Assembly: GCA_000934665.2 (NCBI GenBank) | Contig: KZ538043.1 | Span: forward strand, 124,001 to 151,333 | Direction of reading: 5' to 3' | Source of the DNA: Catajapyx aquilonaris | Taxonomy: Eukaryota | Length of the DNA: 27,333 nt | Shown: one piece after another, positions 1 to 13,393 of the stretch | How the letters are laid out: each line of letters starts with the position of its first letter | Position numbering within the stretch: the first letter of the stretch is position 1 | The notes under the pieces: model-generated | The model's database searches: none | What the model was told of the DNA's origin: nothing | What the model saw: the letters and a program-made list of their open reading frames with translations, nothing else | Position numbers and translations under genes: made by a program

Positions 1-2001
1 TGGCAATTTTGTCCATCATGCTTACAATTGACATTTATTGCGATGACATTATTTTTTTTTTTTACAAAATTTCAAATTTTTCTCCTGGTACCTCTTGGGT
101 CTCTCGACATCTCCATCACGTATGTGAGGATGCCAACAGAGTTCCCGTGAGTGGCGATGGTGGTTAGATCCCGAGAGTGGGTGGGTGGGTGGTTAGGATG
201 GAGGGACAGGAGAGGAGGGAGAGAGTAGGTTCTATATAGGCGACAAGGGCGCCCCCATAGAGGATCGGGCGCGCATTATCAGTGGGAGCCGCTCGGTTGG
301 CCAAGCGGAACCACTTAGTAGCTGCGGCACATCCAATGAAATGCCCTACGATGCTATGGGAGGGATTGGCTCTCTCTGCTCTCACTCTCTCACAGTCTCT
401 CTCAGAGACTCATCTCAGATCCTCCCCAATGCACTTTAGCCAGAGAGGGAGAGACTTTTTATAGATATACCGCTCATGGACTATATACAGACGCCATTTT
501 GGTGGGAAGAAAGATGGGGGAGCTGTATCTGCTGAAATATTCTGCTAGCATGTGACAAATATTTAATGAGCTTCACATAACGTAATTATGTAGTTACGCA
601 ACGATGCGAGCCAAGGTTCATGAAAATGGTGCTATCAAAAAATACACATTTCCCGGAACTGTAGCAGGTCAGAGATGATAGCAAATCTTCTTTTCCCGGA
701 TGGCACCATCGGGACAACCCGTTTCTGTTTGGATACAACTCATTACAGCGATTAGTATATGAAACCGGCAGTTGGCGACTTGTGTAATTAGCTTCCATAT
801 CTGGCAACATGGGCCACGTTTTTTTTTTGTGTCGAACCAGCCGTCAATCGCATTGGAGGGATTGACGTGGGAAAATAGAAGCAGTAACCTTCGATGGACA
901 AAAAAATATATAGCCCAACTTTTATTAACTGACTCCTTTTGTAAAACTGCCGACGTCAGTCTTTGTTGGGAAAAAATTGGACCAAGAAGTGCCCCCACAA
1001 AAAATGGTTCCTTAGTTCCTCTCGTATCATGGATGTGCATAATCTATGGCTTGGCAGTCGATAGTCGATGTCAGCCGATGTAACACCGAAATTACGCCAG
1101 TTTGACAGTCGTTTTATGACCGCAGCATAGATTGAAGTATAAGCTCTATTTTCACGTCACCAATAGAAAAAGTACTGCTTATCAAAAGTGAAGTGCGCAG
1201 TACAACCCGCATTGCCATAAGAGAAAATCACGGTTTTGCAATAAACGTACCGTAATCAATATTAGACATACGATGTCCTCGTACATTCCAAACACCCCCA
1301 AGGTTTTGTCCTCCCAGATAATTTTTCAAGCGAGAAGCCTGAAAGAAAAGTCAAACATGCAAGTTTTTTTTGAGGGGGTAGGAGGGGGGCCAAGTCATTT
1401 ACTTCCAAGAGTTTTTGAGAGAAGAGGGGAAAAAGAAGGGGAGTCCTATGCGGAAACTCAAACTGTGTAGAGTTTTGTTCCCGAGGTAGAAGGTTCAGAA
1501 AAGGAAGGGGGGGAGGAGAATGGAGGAGAAAAGGGGGTGCTGGAGACTTTATTAATGGTTCGCTTGCTTTAATTACGTCTATTTGGGGAGGGGGGTAAAG
1601 AAGCCTCGGGGCTTTTTCCGAGGTTTCTAGCGTGGTATATTTTGGTGGGGAATACTCCACTGTGCCATCATGTCATCAAGCAATAAATTATTAGGCAGCA
1701 ATTTTAGTCTTATGTTTAAAAAGTTTGAAACAAGCATGTCCTGCTGGGGATTTACAACCATTAACACTCTATCAAGGTGAATATTTTTTTCCTATTAATT
1801 ATGAGCTTGCTGGAGTTCTAGTGGTTTTCGTACACTGTTTATGCATAGTACACATATAATGCAAAGAAAAAATGAAATTAATTGGAATTGACATGACTGC
1901 ATGAAAAACTTGTGTTAAATAATAAATTGTAGGTTTACAAAATTGCTGTTATGTAGTGATGAAACGCCTAGCAACAACAGAACGTTATTTTCCTTTTGCA
2001 G

Positions 2002-2130
2002 GTGACAATCGGGTACAGTGGGATCCGCGGTTACTTGGATGCCACTGAGTTTGGCACCTGGCTTAAGTATGTCCGATGCACAGGGGAGACCGACTCGCAG
2101 AACGTTCGGTACTTCCTTTTAACTGGCCAG
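2002..2130 (+). CDS. ham: Internal coding exon: central PR/SET domain (VTIGYSGIRGYLDATEFGTWLKYVRCTGETDSQNVRYFLLTGQ)
   Basis: Acceptor ttttccttttgcag ends at 2001 and donor gtaaga starts at 2131. The exon is 43 whole codons. LDA..GTWLKYVR..QN matches the PR-domain W-L/M-K/R-Y-V/I motif (GSWLKYIR in MECOM-type proteins). Confidence 0.88.
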
Positions 2131-2673
2131 GTAAGAAAAATTCGAGAATCAATTCTGCATGGTGGCAAAAAAAGAGAAAGAGTCCCCCACCACCTAACCC
2201 TATCCCTTTCCACACAAAATTCCCATTCTTGCCGTGAGAATAGTTCGTTGGCTCGAAGCCCCCAACGCTGCCTAATTAGTAGCCTCCGTGTTCTAAATGA
2301 ACGTTATTACGCCGTAATGACCTCTGGTGTGGATCATTTGCTGCAGGTATCGAAAGTCAATTACGTGATCTCACTGCCACGATCGATATCAACTTGATGG
2401 TGCTAGGTTAGCAATCAGAATCTGTAGCAGCTATTTGGAGCTGCTTATTTTTGCCCGATCGAATTTGAATATTTGATAATAATTTTCAACTGCATATATC
2501 ACTTTTTTGGCAATCGCCGAACAATAGTCGGATCGATGACTATCAGTGACCATGGCGCAAGATTTTCAGTAGAAAAAGTTGCGCCTGAGAAACAGGCTGC
2601 TTTGCATTATAGCCAAGGCACTTGGGTCATCTACATGCAAGGATATCATTTTCTGTCCTTCTTTTTCCGGCAG

Positions 2674-2797
2674 ATTTTCTACGAAGCGACGCGAGACATT
2701 GGTCCTTCGGAGGAGTTGCTGTTGGGTCAGAAAGAGCCGATCCAGTTGGACCGATTTGTGGACTCGCCACCGGACAGCAGGAAGGACAAGGATTCCA
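2674..2797 (+). CDS. ham: Internal coding exon: C-terminal end of PR/SET domain (IFYEATRDIGPSEELLLGQKEPIQLDRFVDSPPDSRKDKDS)
   Basis: Acceptor ttctttttccggcag ends at 2673 and donor gtgagt starts at 2798 (phase 1). IFY...RDI...EELL is the PR/SET signature. Confidence 0.9.
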
Positions 2798-5700
2798 GTG
2801 AGTATACCGCTCCATATGTCAAGAGGTCACCTGGCCTCCCCCCCTGATACGTTGGGGGGAAAAAAATGAGAGTAGGGTGCTAGGGAGACAGATTTATCCA
2901 GACTCCACACCTGTACTGGCCATTCTGAAAATTGGTCAGGGGAAGGTCACACACGAGAGAGCACGCACGCTCGGCAGGGTGCATCAGGCGTGACCCCCTC
3001 CCTCAGTTCGCCCTGGCACCTCCCCCTCTGGCTTCACCACAACTAACTCTGTGTGAATCAGGGCTATCTGCTCCCATTGAAGCCCTTTGTATAAAAGAGA
3101 GGAAACCCATCAGAAGCCACGTTCCCACTCGTTTAATGTCACGCGCATGTCTAAAAATTAATTTTTTTAGCAAAGTGACGTCTACTGTGCAGGTCATATG
3201 TGTCAAATATGCGGTGGGCGACCAAGCACTGACCACTATTTTTGCATGGGCGGGATTAAAGTCGAGGGCCCTGGTGGAAAAAGGTGTCTGGTTAAAATAT
3301 TTAACATGGGAAAAGGCTCGTAAAATACAACAATGTGGAAGCTGCAGGATTATGTTTTTATACCTTTTCTCGCCGGAAAAAATGCTTATAGAACGACTCT
3401 GTCCGTCCGTGAAAAGGTATCAGGGCATACACAGCAGGAGATAGCGACAAACGGTTTTCGGATTCAGATTCAGCGGGCCCTAAATAGGTTTCATGGTCAA
3501 CTTCTGGTTTTCCGGATTCACTATATCCGCCAAGGTCAAGCCTACACCGTATAAATTAATTTTTTTATTAATTTCTTGGCAACGGTAAATGCTGAGACAA
3601 CAATCTATTTCAATGTTGTCCAGTTAGATCGCATCGTGTCATATCGTATCGTATTCAATGAAGTTGTGGGGCTCATTTCCCACTGCCCAATGAGAAAAAG
3701 TATTCGAATCACTTTCGTGTGTCATTTGCCAATCTTGTTTTAATTGAAATAAATTCAAAACGGATTTACAATATTATGTAAGTTTACCGGTACGTAACTG
3801 TATGCTCATTTCTAAATGGTCGGACCACAAATAATCGACGCACAAAAGTACAGGATTATGCCGACCTTATCTTCAGAACAAGGCATCGTTTCCTCCAATC
3901 TGGAAATAATCTTTCGATCCTCAAAATTGAAGTACTTGGTCTCTGTAATCGTATCCGACTAATAGTACCAAAAACCACAGTTTTAAGCAGGTGCTCCCCC
4001 CGTGGGTCAACATTACCTCTTTTGGTTCACTTTAGCCCTGATTTGGCAAAAAGATTACTCCAAAGACAATCGATTCCGGTTCGTACATATCGCTGGGCTC
4101 ATTCAATATGAATAGTGGGAGCTCCATTAATGTCAAGTTTCGCATATCTACAGGAGGGTACTTGATGAGCCAGTGCGATAGGTAATATGCCAAGGTGGAC
4201 AGTAGGGTCATTATGTGGACAGCTATTTTGGAGGGCTGGGAAATCATGGCTGTGTATCTGGATATGCGGAGGACTTTAATTGGCGGGTTTTGACTTGCAA
4301 CAGGCGGACAATTGGGCTCATACCCCTGCTCCTAATTACTGTTTTCATGGCGTGGCTGCCAAAGTGAGCAATCGATGAGTGTGGAAGGCAGCTGGCCCGC
4401 TCCCTTCCCGATAGGCAAACGATAGTCAAGGGCTGGAAGATTCCGTGATTTTGTCGCTCCTGACACATCCGTCCATATACACACCGCATTTGGCTCATTT
4501 GGGTTTCCGCTATATTTCCCCACAGCTTTTTTAGGCCCTTTCCCTCTCCCCCGTTCTGAATAATAGCCTGCGTGTTTGGATGATTTTTTTGGAAGTCGCA
4601 ATATGGGTTGCGGGTATTATTTTTGTGGGACCGCAATTAAATCAGGGACGGTTATTCTGGCTTCTAACTGACTTTCAAACAAAATGCCATATGTCATGAA
4701 AGTTTACACTGAAATAATTTTTTAAATTAAAAGTGACCATATAATTATGGCGTAACATACATTCATTGTTGCAGTCATATTGTCATCTTGTAATCATTTT
4801 TCTGGGACACTAAATGGCCCCAAAAATGTGTCAATTATTCTGCACGTATACACGAGGCGCAAAAAGATGCAATTGGTGATTAGCATAACCACTGATTTAG
4901 GCACCGACGCGCGACCCGTACCCGGACACGCCCGGAAAAGCACACACAACTGCCTGATGCTGCTGGAAAAGGGCGCCACAATCTCCCCCCATTTTCATCC
5001 CCCCCAATGCCTTTAAAAAATAAAATAAAATTGTGGGGGGGCCGTTGAGGTATACTGTGGGAGGCTGCTGACCACACGGCAGGTGACCAACTGACTTTGT
5101 TGTTTGGACACCGGATTTTGGCGTGTGGGGGAGGGTGCCCCGCTTCAAAAAACGGAAGGGACTTGATTGAGAGCATGTGGATACAAACTCGTGTGATTTC
5201 ATCCTGAACGTCACACCTTTTTTTGTTGTTGTTGTTGGGCCATGTTGGGTGCCGCAGATGCTGCTGTGTGGGTGTGGCTCCAGCTTTATCAGCCGACTTC
5301 CTATTCAAACCCCATGCTAATGTGTGCGTGTGCTCAAGAAAAATAGGAAGTCCATGAGATGATACTGCATCATCAGAATCATCATCAAAAAAAAAATCCA
5401 GGGACGATTTTTCCCTCTACTCCCAACCCTCCCCAACTCCAGATTGTGCTCGTATCCTCCGGCTCACTCTCTCATTCATGGCCGGGATGAATAGGCACGA
5501 GACCATTCGTGAGCCAGGCTCATGTATTCACCTCTGTCTCCTCGCATGGCCGAGCCTTTCCGCGCGGCTCGTGGACATTATTTCCAGAGGATGAAGAGGA
5601 GGAAGCCAACCCCTCAACCGCACCCTACGATTTTTTTTGTAAAAAAATATATAATTACATGCGTTGTACAAAAAAAAACGAGCATTAGACAATGTGTGGG

Positions 5701-7144
5701 TGGGATAGATGTGTCTATATAGGTTGGGTCTGCGCCTATCTTTGCGCATCCGGCTGCTATTGGTTCCACTTGATGGGAGGTGCGGCTACCGATAGATCAA
5801 TAGGCGCTGGAAAAGTCTTGGGGGCCCCACTGCTTTGATGGACAATTGGCGCGATTAAATTTGCAGAATGAGGGACGGGCTGTGGGCTGGTGGGTATAAC
5901 AGCCTAGTGCGACGTGTCATTTCGCCATGTAATTTTTGGACCAACTATCAGCAACTAGACGCCTTGAATAAAATGTGTTGTACATATCCGGTTGACACCT
6001 TTTACGAATATTGACACCCAGTTTGTTATTGAAATTAATAATTTGTACTGTACATATATGAAAAATATTTACTGACATTACTAGTCGGAAAGTATGGCAT
6101 GTACTTCCAAACAGTACCTTAACCTTGGGACGTGCCGTCACTCTATTACTTCAATATAGCCCCCTTTTCCTATAGCATAGTAGCACAGTGCGCAGGCTTA
6201 TGACACGTGGAGGTCAATGTAAAGGTCAGCCTGTCCGCCCGTTTTGCACTGTTTGCATTTCACTTCAATCCCGCGTCCGAAGGCCATCTTTTGCAATTTC
6301 ACGGCTATAACTGGCCGCAAAATTACCACCATTAGTACACCTCCCATGTAAACAACTATCTCAGCTGGAAACCCTTGCACGCTCCAACAGTTTGAGATAT
6401 TCCGGAAGCCCTCCATCGGACAGGTGATGTTGTAAAGCCAACCAAAGCCATTGAAGGACCTGCTGCCGGCTGCTCCAATCTCTGTCCCCCCCCAAAAATA
6501 TATGTTAAAAAAAATAAAAATAAAAAACAGGGGGCGCACCGGAAGTAATGCGTGATTATCAGTCGGTGCAGCTTCGGGGTGAAGGGTGAGGGGGAAGTAA
6601 AAGTCATCAGGTGACCAATGCCTGCCTCTGCCTTTTTTTTTCATGTATGACATATAGGGTGGAGGGGGGGGGGGGNGGGAAATGCGCTTGGCTTGGTGTG
6701 CTCCAAATGATTCCCTCCCCACCACCAGTCCACCTCCTGCCCAGCTCTTTTTCGGACTTCCTTCCTTCCTTTTTCTCATCCACGAGCTGCGATTATTTTG
6801 GGCCTGTCCTGCCTGCTGGACGGACGTTGGTTGCGGAGAGGTCAACGGTGGAGTGGACACTTGCGGTTCGTAGTTGGACGATTGTTTTTGTATAGGAGGT
6901 TTGAGGGATGGGGGGGAATGGGAGGTTAACACTGGGGTGGGGGAGTCTAGATTATTTTTATTTAAACTTTTTTGATTTATTATTATGACATTGCATGTCG
7001 TTTGTTGTCATGTTTTCAAAATTCTTGCGTCTCCTTCATCGCTGACTTACCCTTTTAGGAAACGGTATGTGGTTAAAAAATATTTATTTAATTACTTATA
7101 TGCGTGTTATAATCCGGTCGACGATGTCCTCGAAGCTGAATGCG

Positions 7145-7213
<69 letters not shown>
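7145..7213. repeat. (ATA)23 trinucleotide microsatellite
   Basis: Perfect 69-bp ATA run read directly from the sequence. Confidence 0.97.
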
Positions 7214-7323
7214 GAACTTGACCCCTCTCCAGTATGCAGCATGGACCTTTATTATTTCACTCTTACAACATAAAACTTTAAAAGTTAATACTCAATTAGT
7301 TGGAATACCTGATGTCTGCAAAC

Positions 7324-7555
7324 AATATTAGGTGCTAAACCTAACCTCCTGGGGAACAGCACATGACCCCTTTACCGACATTGCACCTTGCACCCATGTT
7401 CCCTCCCAAAAATCCCTACCCCTACCCTACATCTTAGACTCCTTGCACCGGTGTATGAAGTTAAACGGAGAGAAAATGGTGGTATCCCACCCCCCTAAAA
7501 AGGCTAAGCCTTATCACGGGGTAACGTAAATAAAAAAAATAATATTAGGTGCTAA
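7324..7555 (+). mobile_element. Short retroposed insertion (5'-truncated non-LTR retrotransposon 3' end, or SINE), body 7339-7540, with 15-bp target-site duplication
   Basis: An exact direct repeat AATATTAGGTGCTAA lies at 7324-7338 and 7541-7555. It flanks 202 bp ending in the A-rich tail TAAATAAAAAAAAT. A small stem-loop AAGGC-TAA-GCCTT is at 7500-7512. Confidence 0.75.
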
Positions 7556-10500
7556 TGTGAGATTATTGATTCTTTTCCCCAACTAACTATACCAATATCT
7601 CATGCCAATCGAGATAGCTATAGGTATGCTGTGTACACTAGTCATCGCTGGCTACCTCATGATGGGATTAATGCCGTGATAAAATGAATAACAATATCAG
7701 AAAGTACAGCCTGAGAAAAATGGGTTCAATCGGATTCAAATACTAAAGCCTGTATATTATTGGAAATTAGCATGAAGAACTATATGGTGAGTGATTGACC
7801 ACTGTTAGGGCCTGTATTCCATGTGTATACTATTATTTCAAATCTACTTCGAGGACAATCAGTTTTAAAAAATAATTATTACCGGCATTTTTAAAAGGCG
7901 AAAATAAATTACAGATTGTGCATGATATTGTTCATTTCTAAAACCCCATAGCTGAGGGGAATTTTACTAACCTCCAGGGCGCTTATTGATTACATACTGA
8001 AACAAGAATCAATTACTGAACCAGCAAGCATCAAAGCTCATGTTTTAGTAATTTCTGGATATTGCGATTTATCGGCCTGTGCTTTTACGAATATTAAGTG
8101 TTGTGTACTGTTATCGTCGTAATGTAAAAGTACTCCCAAAGGAGACCCAGCCTATCGATTCTTACTTTCCTGGTGTATTATACGTTACACTGTAACGCTC
8201 TAGTAGCATTCTGTAAGAATCGAAGTACACTTTGTTGCCACTTATGCACCAAGTTCTCAGTTACAGTTTCAGTATATATCAACTGAATATTACCCTTCGG
8301 TTGTTTTCTCCAACGACTTCTGATTTCTCTGATTGCACCACATGCCATCTGCATATGCAAATGAAATCCAATTTAAATTCCAAGTCTTAAAATATTACCA
8401 AAATTTGGCCCCGAATTTTCGCACAAACACACCCTGTATACCCTCCAATCTCATCGTTATTTCCCGTCCAAATTGCACCCCTCCTTCTTGCCTTTAAACA
8501 TTGTTACCGGCCAGACAAGGAATCCCCCTGAAGCGATGATTCGGATAAAACAAAAACCGCCGTTGACTTTCACACGTGATCTCCATTCCCGTTCCAAATC
8601 CCTGCACTTAGGAGGCCACCTGTGATCAGGAAGGAAACGAAACGCGAAGGTCAGACCGGTATACGTTAAAAACTACAGGGTGAGGAAGGGGGCTGGGGGA
8701 ACTATCGAAAAACCACTTCCGCTTATGGAGAAACAGGTGGCAAAGTCGTTCAACAGAAGAAAATTGTTGGGAAAGGTAAACACTAAGAGTTTAAAAATTT
8801 CCAGATCATTCCCCTCCCTTCCCCTCTGATGACCTCGGTTGGATGGTCACATTCGGATCGGTCCTTTAGCAATGCAATTAGGCATTTTTATGGAGTTGGT
8901 GATCAGTGGCGTCGGTTGCACTCACCTTTTTTGATGTAGACCCCCCTCACTGGTCGCATGGAGTGGTTGGATTGAGGTGTTTACAACCTGTTGGTATGGG
9001 CGATTGCATCGATTCTTTTGCCTCACTTTCACTCCGAGAGGTGATTAGTCAAAAGGGGTGGGTAGGTGGAAAGGTGATGCGTTCAAAAAAAACACAGGAG
9101 TGTGCATGATGATTCCCCTTTCGTGCGTAAGTATGAGCACGTGTTGGTGTTTCTCACAGACGGACTATATAGCAAAGGCTTGCACTCCATATGAGGCTAA
9201 ATTTTCTACATATAATATTCTGTTACAGTATAATGCGACAAATTGCGAAAATGTCAAATTTTGTCTCTGGGTGGTTAAAAATTCATACTACACTGAACCC
9301 GTTTAAAAATTAAGTTATTTAAAAATATTTTAAATGACGTTTATAGGTTTCTGAATGACTGCAGGGCTTGTAAATAGCAAAAAAAATATTAGTACTGTAT
9401 TACTGTTGGGATATTAAATCCGATTTGGGAAGCAGACGATTGAAAGCATGTAAAAAAGCCATAAAGCGACCTCTTTCAATATTTCAAATAAAAAATCCCC
9501 CAATTCCGTCTTTTATATCACCTTCTATCGATTGGCTCGACCTATATGCAATAAGCGATCCGGATCCAAAAAGAAGCGCTTCTCCCGGGTACGCTCCCTT
9601 TTCTGCATAATTTGAGCAATTACAACCCATTAAGTCCGCAAGGTGCAGTACGAACTTCCCTTCTCTCCTTTTAGCCCCCCGTGTGTATATAAATCTTCCA
9701 ACGTCTGCCTACGCCACTTTCACTGAAACTTAATGACTACGGGTAGTAGTTGAATCGCCCATAATATTTCAAGAAGTTCCCACAGTATGGATTTTCAATG
9801 AGGCGGAACATCTGTTCCCCAAAAAGTTCCGGGAGTCCCTGGAACCAGGAGAATATTTTTTTCTTTTCTTTTTTTTCCTTTTCTTGATTCGCCAAGTTGC
9901 CGGTTCTTACTGGAGGGAGGCGCAATAATTGGCAACAGATGAGGATTTTTCCGTGCATTAATGGGCAGGATGGGGTCGGTGAGGACACCGGGGGAAGGGT
10001 CCGACTCATGAAAATTTCAGGCCAAAAGGACGTGCAAGTGCGAAAGAGACTCAATCAAGAGAGGGATAAATCACGCGACGTCTGTCGATAATACTTTGCA
10101 CGGAAACGGAACAGTCATTCGGACACACCGGTTCAAATTCATCGTGTGCACCCTGTACTTATAGCCTACTGATATTTTTTCCATGTAGATATGAGGAGGA
10201 AAAATGGTACATTAATAAGCGGAAAATTCGGGTTGAATAGTTCCATGTGTGGAGAAAAAATATTCAAAACTGACTTAATGGAGTTCGAATTGGCGTACAT
10301 TTTCCATCTCAAATCTGTGGCAAATTGAGCTGAAACTGTCTAAAAATCATAGGCGAAACAGCTATTTTTTTGTAAATATTTAAACACCGCTAATATGAGA
10401 AACGGCTCGGAAGGAAACAAAATATTGTGCCCAGTATATATATAGGTCGTTTGACTGAGATCCCAATTTTTACTGAATAACAGTAGAAATCATACAACTT

Positions 10501-11134
10501 AATATATATCGGCTATAGAACGTTTGTGCCCTCAAAGCCTAGCCATTAATATTGGATCTAACCATGCATTTTCTTTCCTGGCCAGTGGTCTGGATCTGTT
10601 CATATATTAATCGGGGACCGCTGTGCTGAACGTTACTGATCCACAACGCACAACCTCCCCTTGCTTCTTTCTATATATATATTATATCTTTGATTGCGAA
10701 TCTGTGCTTGGAAATTCTATTAAAACGGTTCCCTGAGGGGATATGCGATGGTTCCGCCAAGTCAACAAAAAAATACACATTTCTGCCTGTTACGCAATAA
10801 TGATTTATGCTTGAGAAGCCTTTCAATTTAGCCTTCCTGCATTCTGGATGCCCTGTCGATTTTTTTAAAACATATTTTCGCATGCGAAAGGTAACGATAG
10901 TGGGGGCGGGGTATGAAAATTGTGGAATAGTCTTTAACTCTGGATGGACCTCATCCATCAAACTGATGTGGTCTGTCCCCCTCCCCTCGAGCTCTTTTTT
11001 TAGTGAGTCAGAAAAGGCCAAGTGCTGCGGCTCTCACATCCTTTCATACGTCGTATATTGGGTTGCTGCGACCCGTTTTCTATACGGGGTCAATATTCAT
11101 TTACGGTCACGGGTGTTTTTTTGCTTGTTTGCAG

Positions 11135-11237
11135 GTGGACAGCCGTCAGATTCGTTGGATGAGGAGAGAGACGAAGAGGACGACGAAACCAATATCAAGT
11201 GCATCGTCTGCGACAAGACCTTGGCCAATATTTACCA
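11135..11237 (+). CDS. ham: Internal coding exon: acidic linker and first half of the first C2H2 finger (SGQPSDSLDEERDEEDDETNIKCIVCDKTLANIYQ)
   Basis: Acceptor ttgcttgtttgcag ends at 11134 and donor gtaagt starts at 11238. A|GT joins the previous exon. CA|G joins the last exon to complete C-x2-C-x12-H-x4-H ([22 protein letters not shown]). Confidence 0.9.
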
Positions 11238-11270
11238 GTAAGTAAATTCCGTTTAAACGCAAGAACGAGC

Positions 11271-11544
11271 TGACGTCACAGCAGCTGTGTTTTCTGCGCA
11301 TGTGCAGGCTTGCAGAGCTATTCGGCGACATGATTGGAAAGGGAGAGCTGGGTGGAGGCGGGGCTGAACGTGACGTCAGATTGTTCTTTCGCTTAACGGA
11401 CTGTGAATGTTGTACTGTATCGGTGATAATATATTTTAAGGCCAATCTTGCATGGAAATCTGGCTGACACGTGCCTCTCTAGCAATAGTGACAGCCTGTA
11501 ATTCAGACTTTTTGTAATTACCCGCGACGCATGTCACTTCAGTC
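11271..11544 (+). promoter_or_regulatory. Promoter/enhancer-like motif cluster at the start of intron 3
   Basis: TGACGTCA at 11271-11278 and 11371-11378, CAGCTG at 11282-11287, TGCGCATGTGCA at 11295-11306, ATTGG at 11333-11337, GAGGCGGGGC at 11355-11364, CACGTG at 11468-11473 and Inr-like TCAGTC at 11539-11544. These are motif matches only. Confidence 0.4.
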
Positions 11545-13351
11545 AATAGATATCACTAAAGGCGAGAATATCGAATTGTTTTTGACACCTGAAGTGTTCC
11601 CTCGTTTGGAATAATCGGACTTCAAGTCTCACCCCTGCAATAAGCCAATGACATGTGTGTTACGAGCCGGAATGTTGGCGGCATCGATCCGCCTTCTCTC
11701 CAAAAGTGATGGATTGTCTGTTATATATTTTTTACTTCCCCTCTCCCTCCCCCCCTCCCCATTCCCTCCGCTCCTCGCCACTCCCCACATCACATATCCT
11801 CCTTTTTGCCCCTTTGAATGATTGCCCATTGATTGGCCCGATCTTCAAGGGGGTTCCGGAATACAGCTCCGTTCCAACTTCCATGTCTGTTGTTTGATGG
11901 ATAACTCTCCCGCCCCAAGCTTGAATAGTGTCCTCTAAAGACCCGCGCTCTAACTTCACCTTACAATGCCCGCCTATAAAATATGGATCAGCCTATTTAC
12001 AGAAGACTGCCGCGGGCAATCTTCGGGGGTCTCCTAAGGGCAGAATTGGAAAGTTGGGGCGGGCATGATTTCCACGAAAAGTGAGGTGAGCGGTGTTCAA
12101 ATATTGTGATGATATTGGAATATCGAGGGAGGAAAACCACCCTTGGTATAATGGAGAGAGGGGCTGAGGGATGGTTGGCGGTTATCAAAAGAAGAAAAAA
12201 AAAGGAGGCCACTTGTTAAAATATACAGTATGTTGGTCAGTGATGCGGAAGTGAGCGCGAAAAACGATGGTCGGCCATTATATACATTCTTGTGAGATTA
12301 CCGCATTTCTTGATCGATTGTTGGAATCCGGAGCGGAACAATGATGGACGAACGATTAAAGGCCAACTGACTGGTCAAACGAATCTACACGCGACATACA
12401 TATCTGTTCTTGGCAAAAAGGAGAATATATGGTTCAAATTATGCGAAAAGATAATCCGAGATTCGAACCTGGTCCATCAGACGCCATCCCAAGTGCTGTA
12501 CAGTACAATATATTGTGCGTTGGGAGTGTTGGAGAGAGAAAAAAAATCAATTTCCTGGATGAATCAAGCTAACATACACAAAGGGAGGGGGTACTATCAG
12601 AGTGTACTATCATTCTGCAAGATTGAAATCAGATTACCTAAACCCGGCTTTTTCTGGTTTTATATGGATACAAATGGCACAGTATTTTGAGCTTAGTACA
12701 ACTATCAATTTGGGACGCGTTCGGTGTATTTCGTCTCCAATGGGACCGCATTTTTGCTAATTACCAGAGAGGGAACACCTTGATCAGATAAATACAGAAC
12801 ACTATTATGTTTTAGTGGATTTGCTGTTATGAACCGCTGTGTACAGAAGGTTTATGATGTTGCGTCCGTTTCGTAATTACAGTGTACATTTTCCCTGGGG
12901 TGTCTTAGCGCACTAGTCCATCATTAAAATACTCCCTTGCATCTGATCACGCATCAAAGATTACAAGGAACAAGACTTGTTTCGGTTTTTTGGCAGTATG
13001 AGCGCTTAAATGCTGCGAATAACCAAAGGGGTGTCGCCTGGCATGAAATATTCAGGGTCAGGAAATGTACCAACACGTCACCTCGTCATGGGAATCGACC
13101 CTCAGAGAGTATATACGAGTCGTCAACAGTTCCATCTGTCTTGGGGATTGGTATTATTTCGACTCAGGCTATGACTCGGCTGCAGCATAAACAACGAGGC
13201 CGGGGGTACGAAATTTCCCAGGGCGGAGGAAATGTTTATCGCCCTCTCGGTGAAGTCTGCCTACCCGAAACGTACCATTTTTATTTTTATCTAGATAAAG
13301 GTGAACTGGGGTTCCCTCCACCCCCACCCCCCACCCACCTTCACAAAACTC

Positions 13352-13393
13352 NNNNNNNNNNNNNNNNNNNNNNNNNNNNNNNNNNNNNNNNNN
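13352..13393. other. Assembly gap (42 N)
   Basis: Run of N with C-rich sequence to the left and a G-run to the right. Confidence 0.98.

Noticed and set aside
2674..2740. PR domain lacks the Tyr that follows EELL in catalytic SET domains
   Set aside because: PRDM3/16-type PR domains also lack it, so it is not unusual for the family.
6198..6932. 244-aa minus-strand ORF
   Set aside because: Low complexity, runs through homopolymer tracts and an N, and shows no domain or codon bias.
6985..7273. Poly-Asn and poly-Ile ORFs
   Set aside because: These are translations of the (ATA)23 microsatellite.
2798..11134. Missing counterpart of the first vertebrate EVI1 finger, possibly in a hidden exon
   Set aside because: Phases match without an extra exon, no CxxC..H exon was seen, and a 6+3 arrangement matches Hamlet.
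11236..11241. In-frame TAA right after exon 3 suggesting a truncated PR-only protein
   Set aside because: Any phase-2 GTAAGT donor gives this stop, so it is not evidence of an isoform.
12450..12510. B-box-like GGTTCGAATC on the minus strand (also GGTTCGACAC near 13788)
   Set aside because: No convincing A box or cloverleaf, so a tRNA or SINE cannot be supported.
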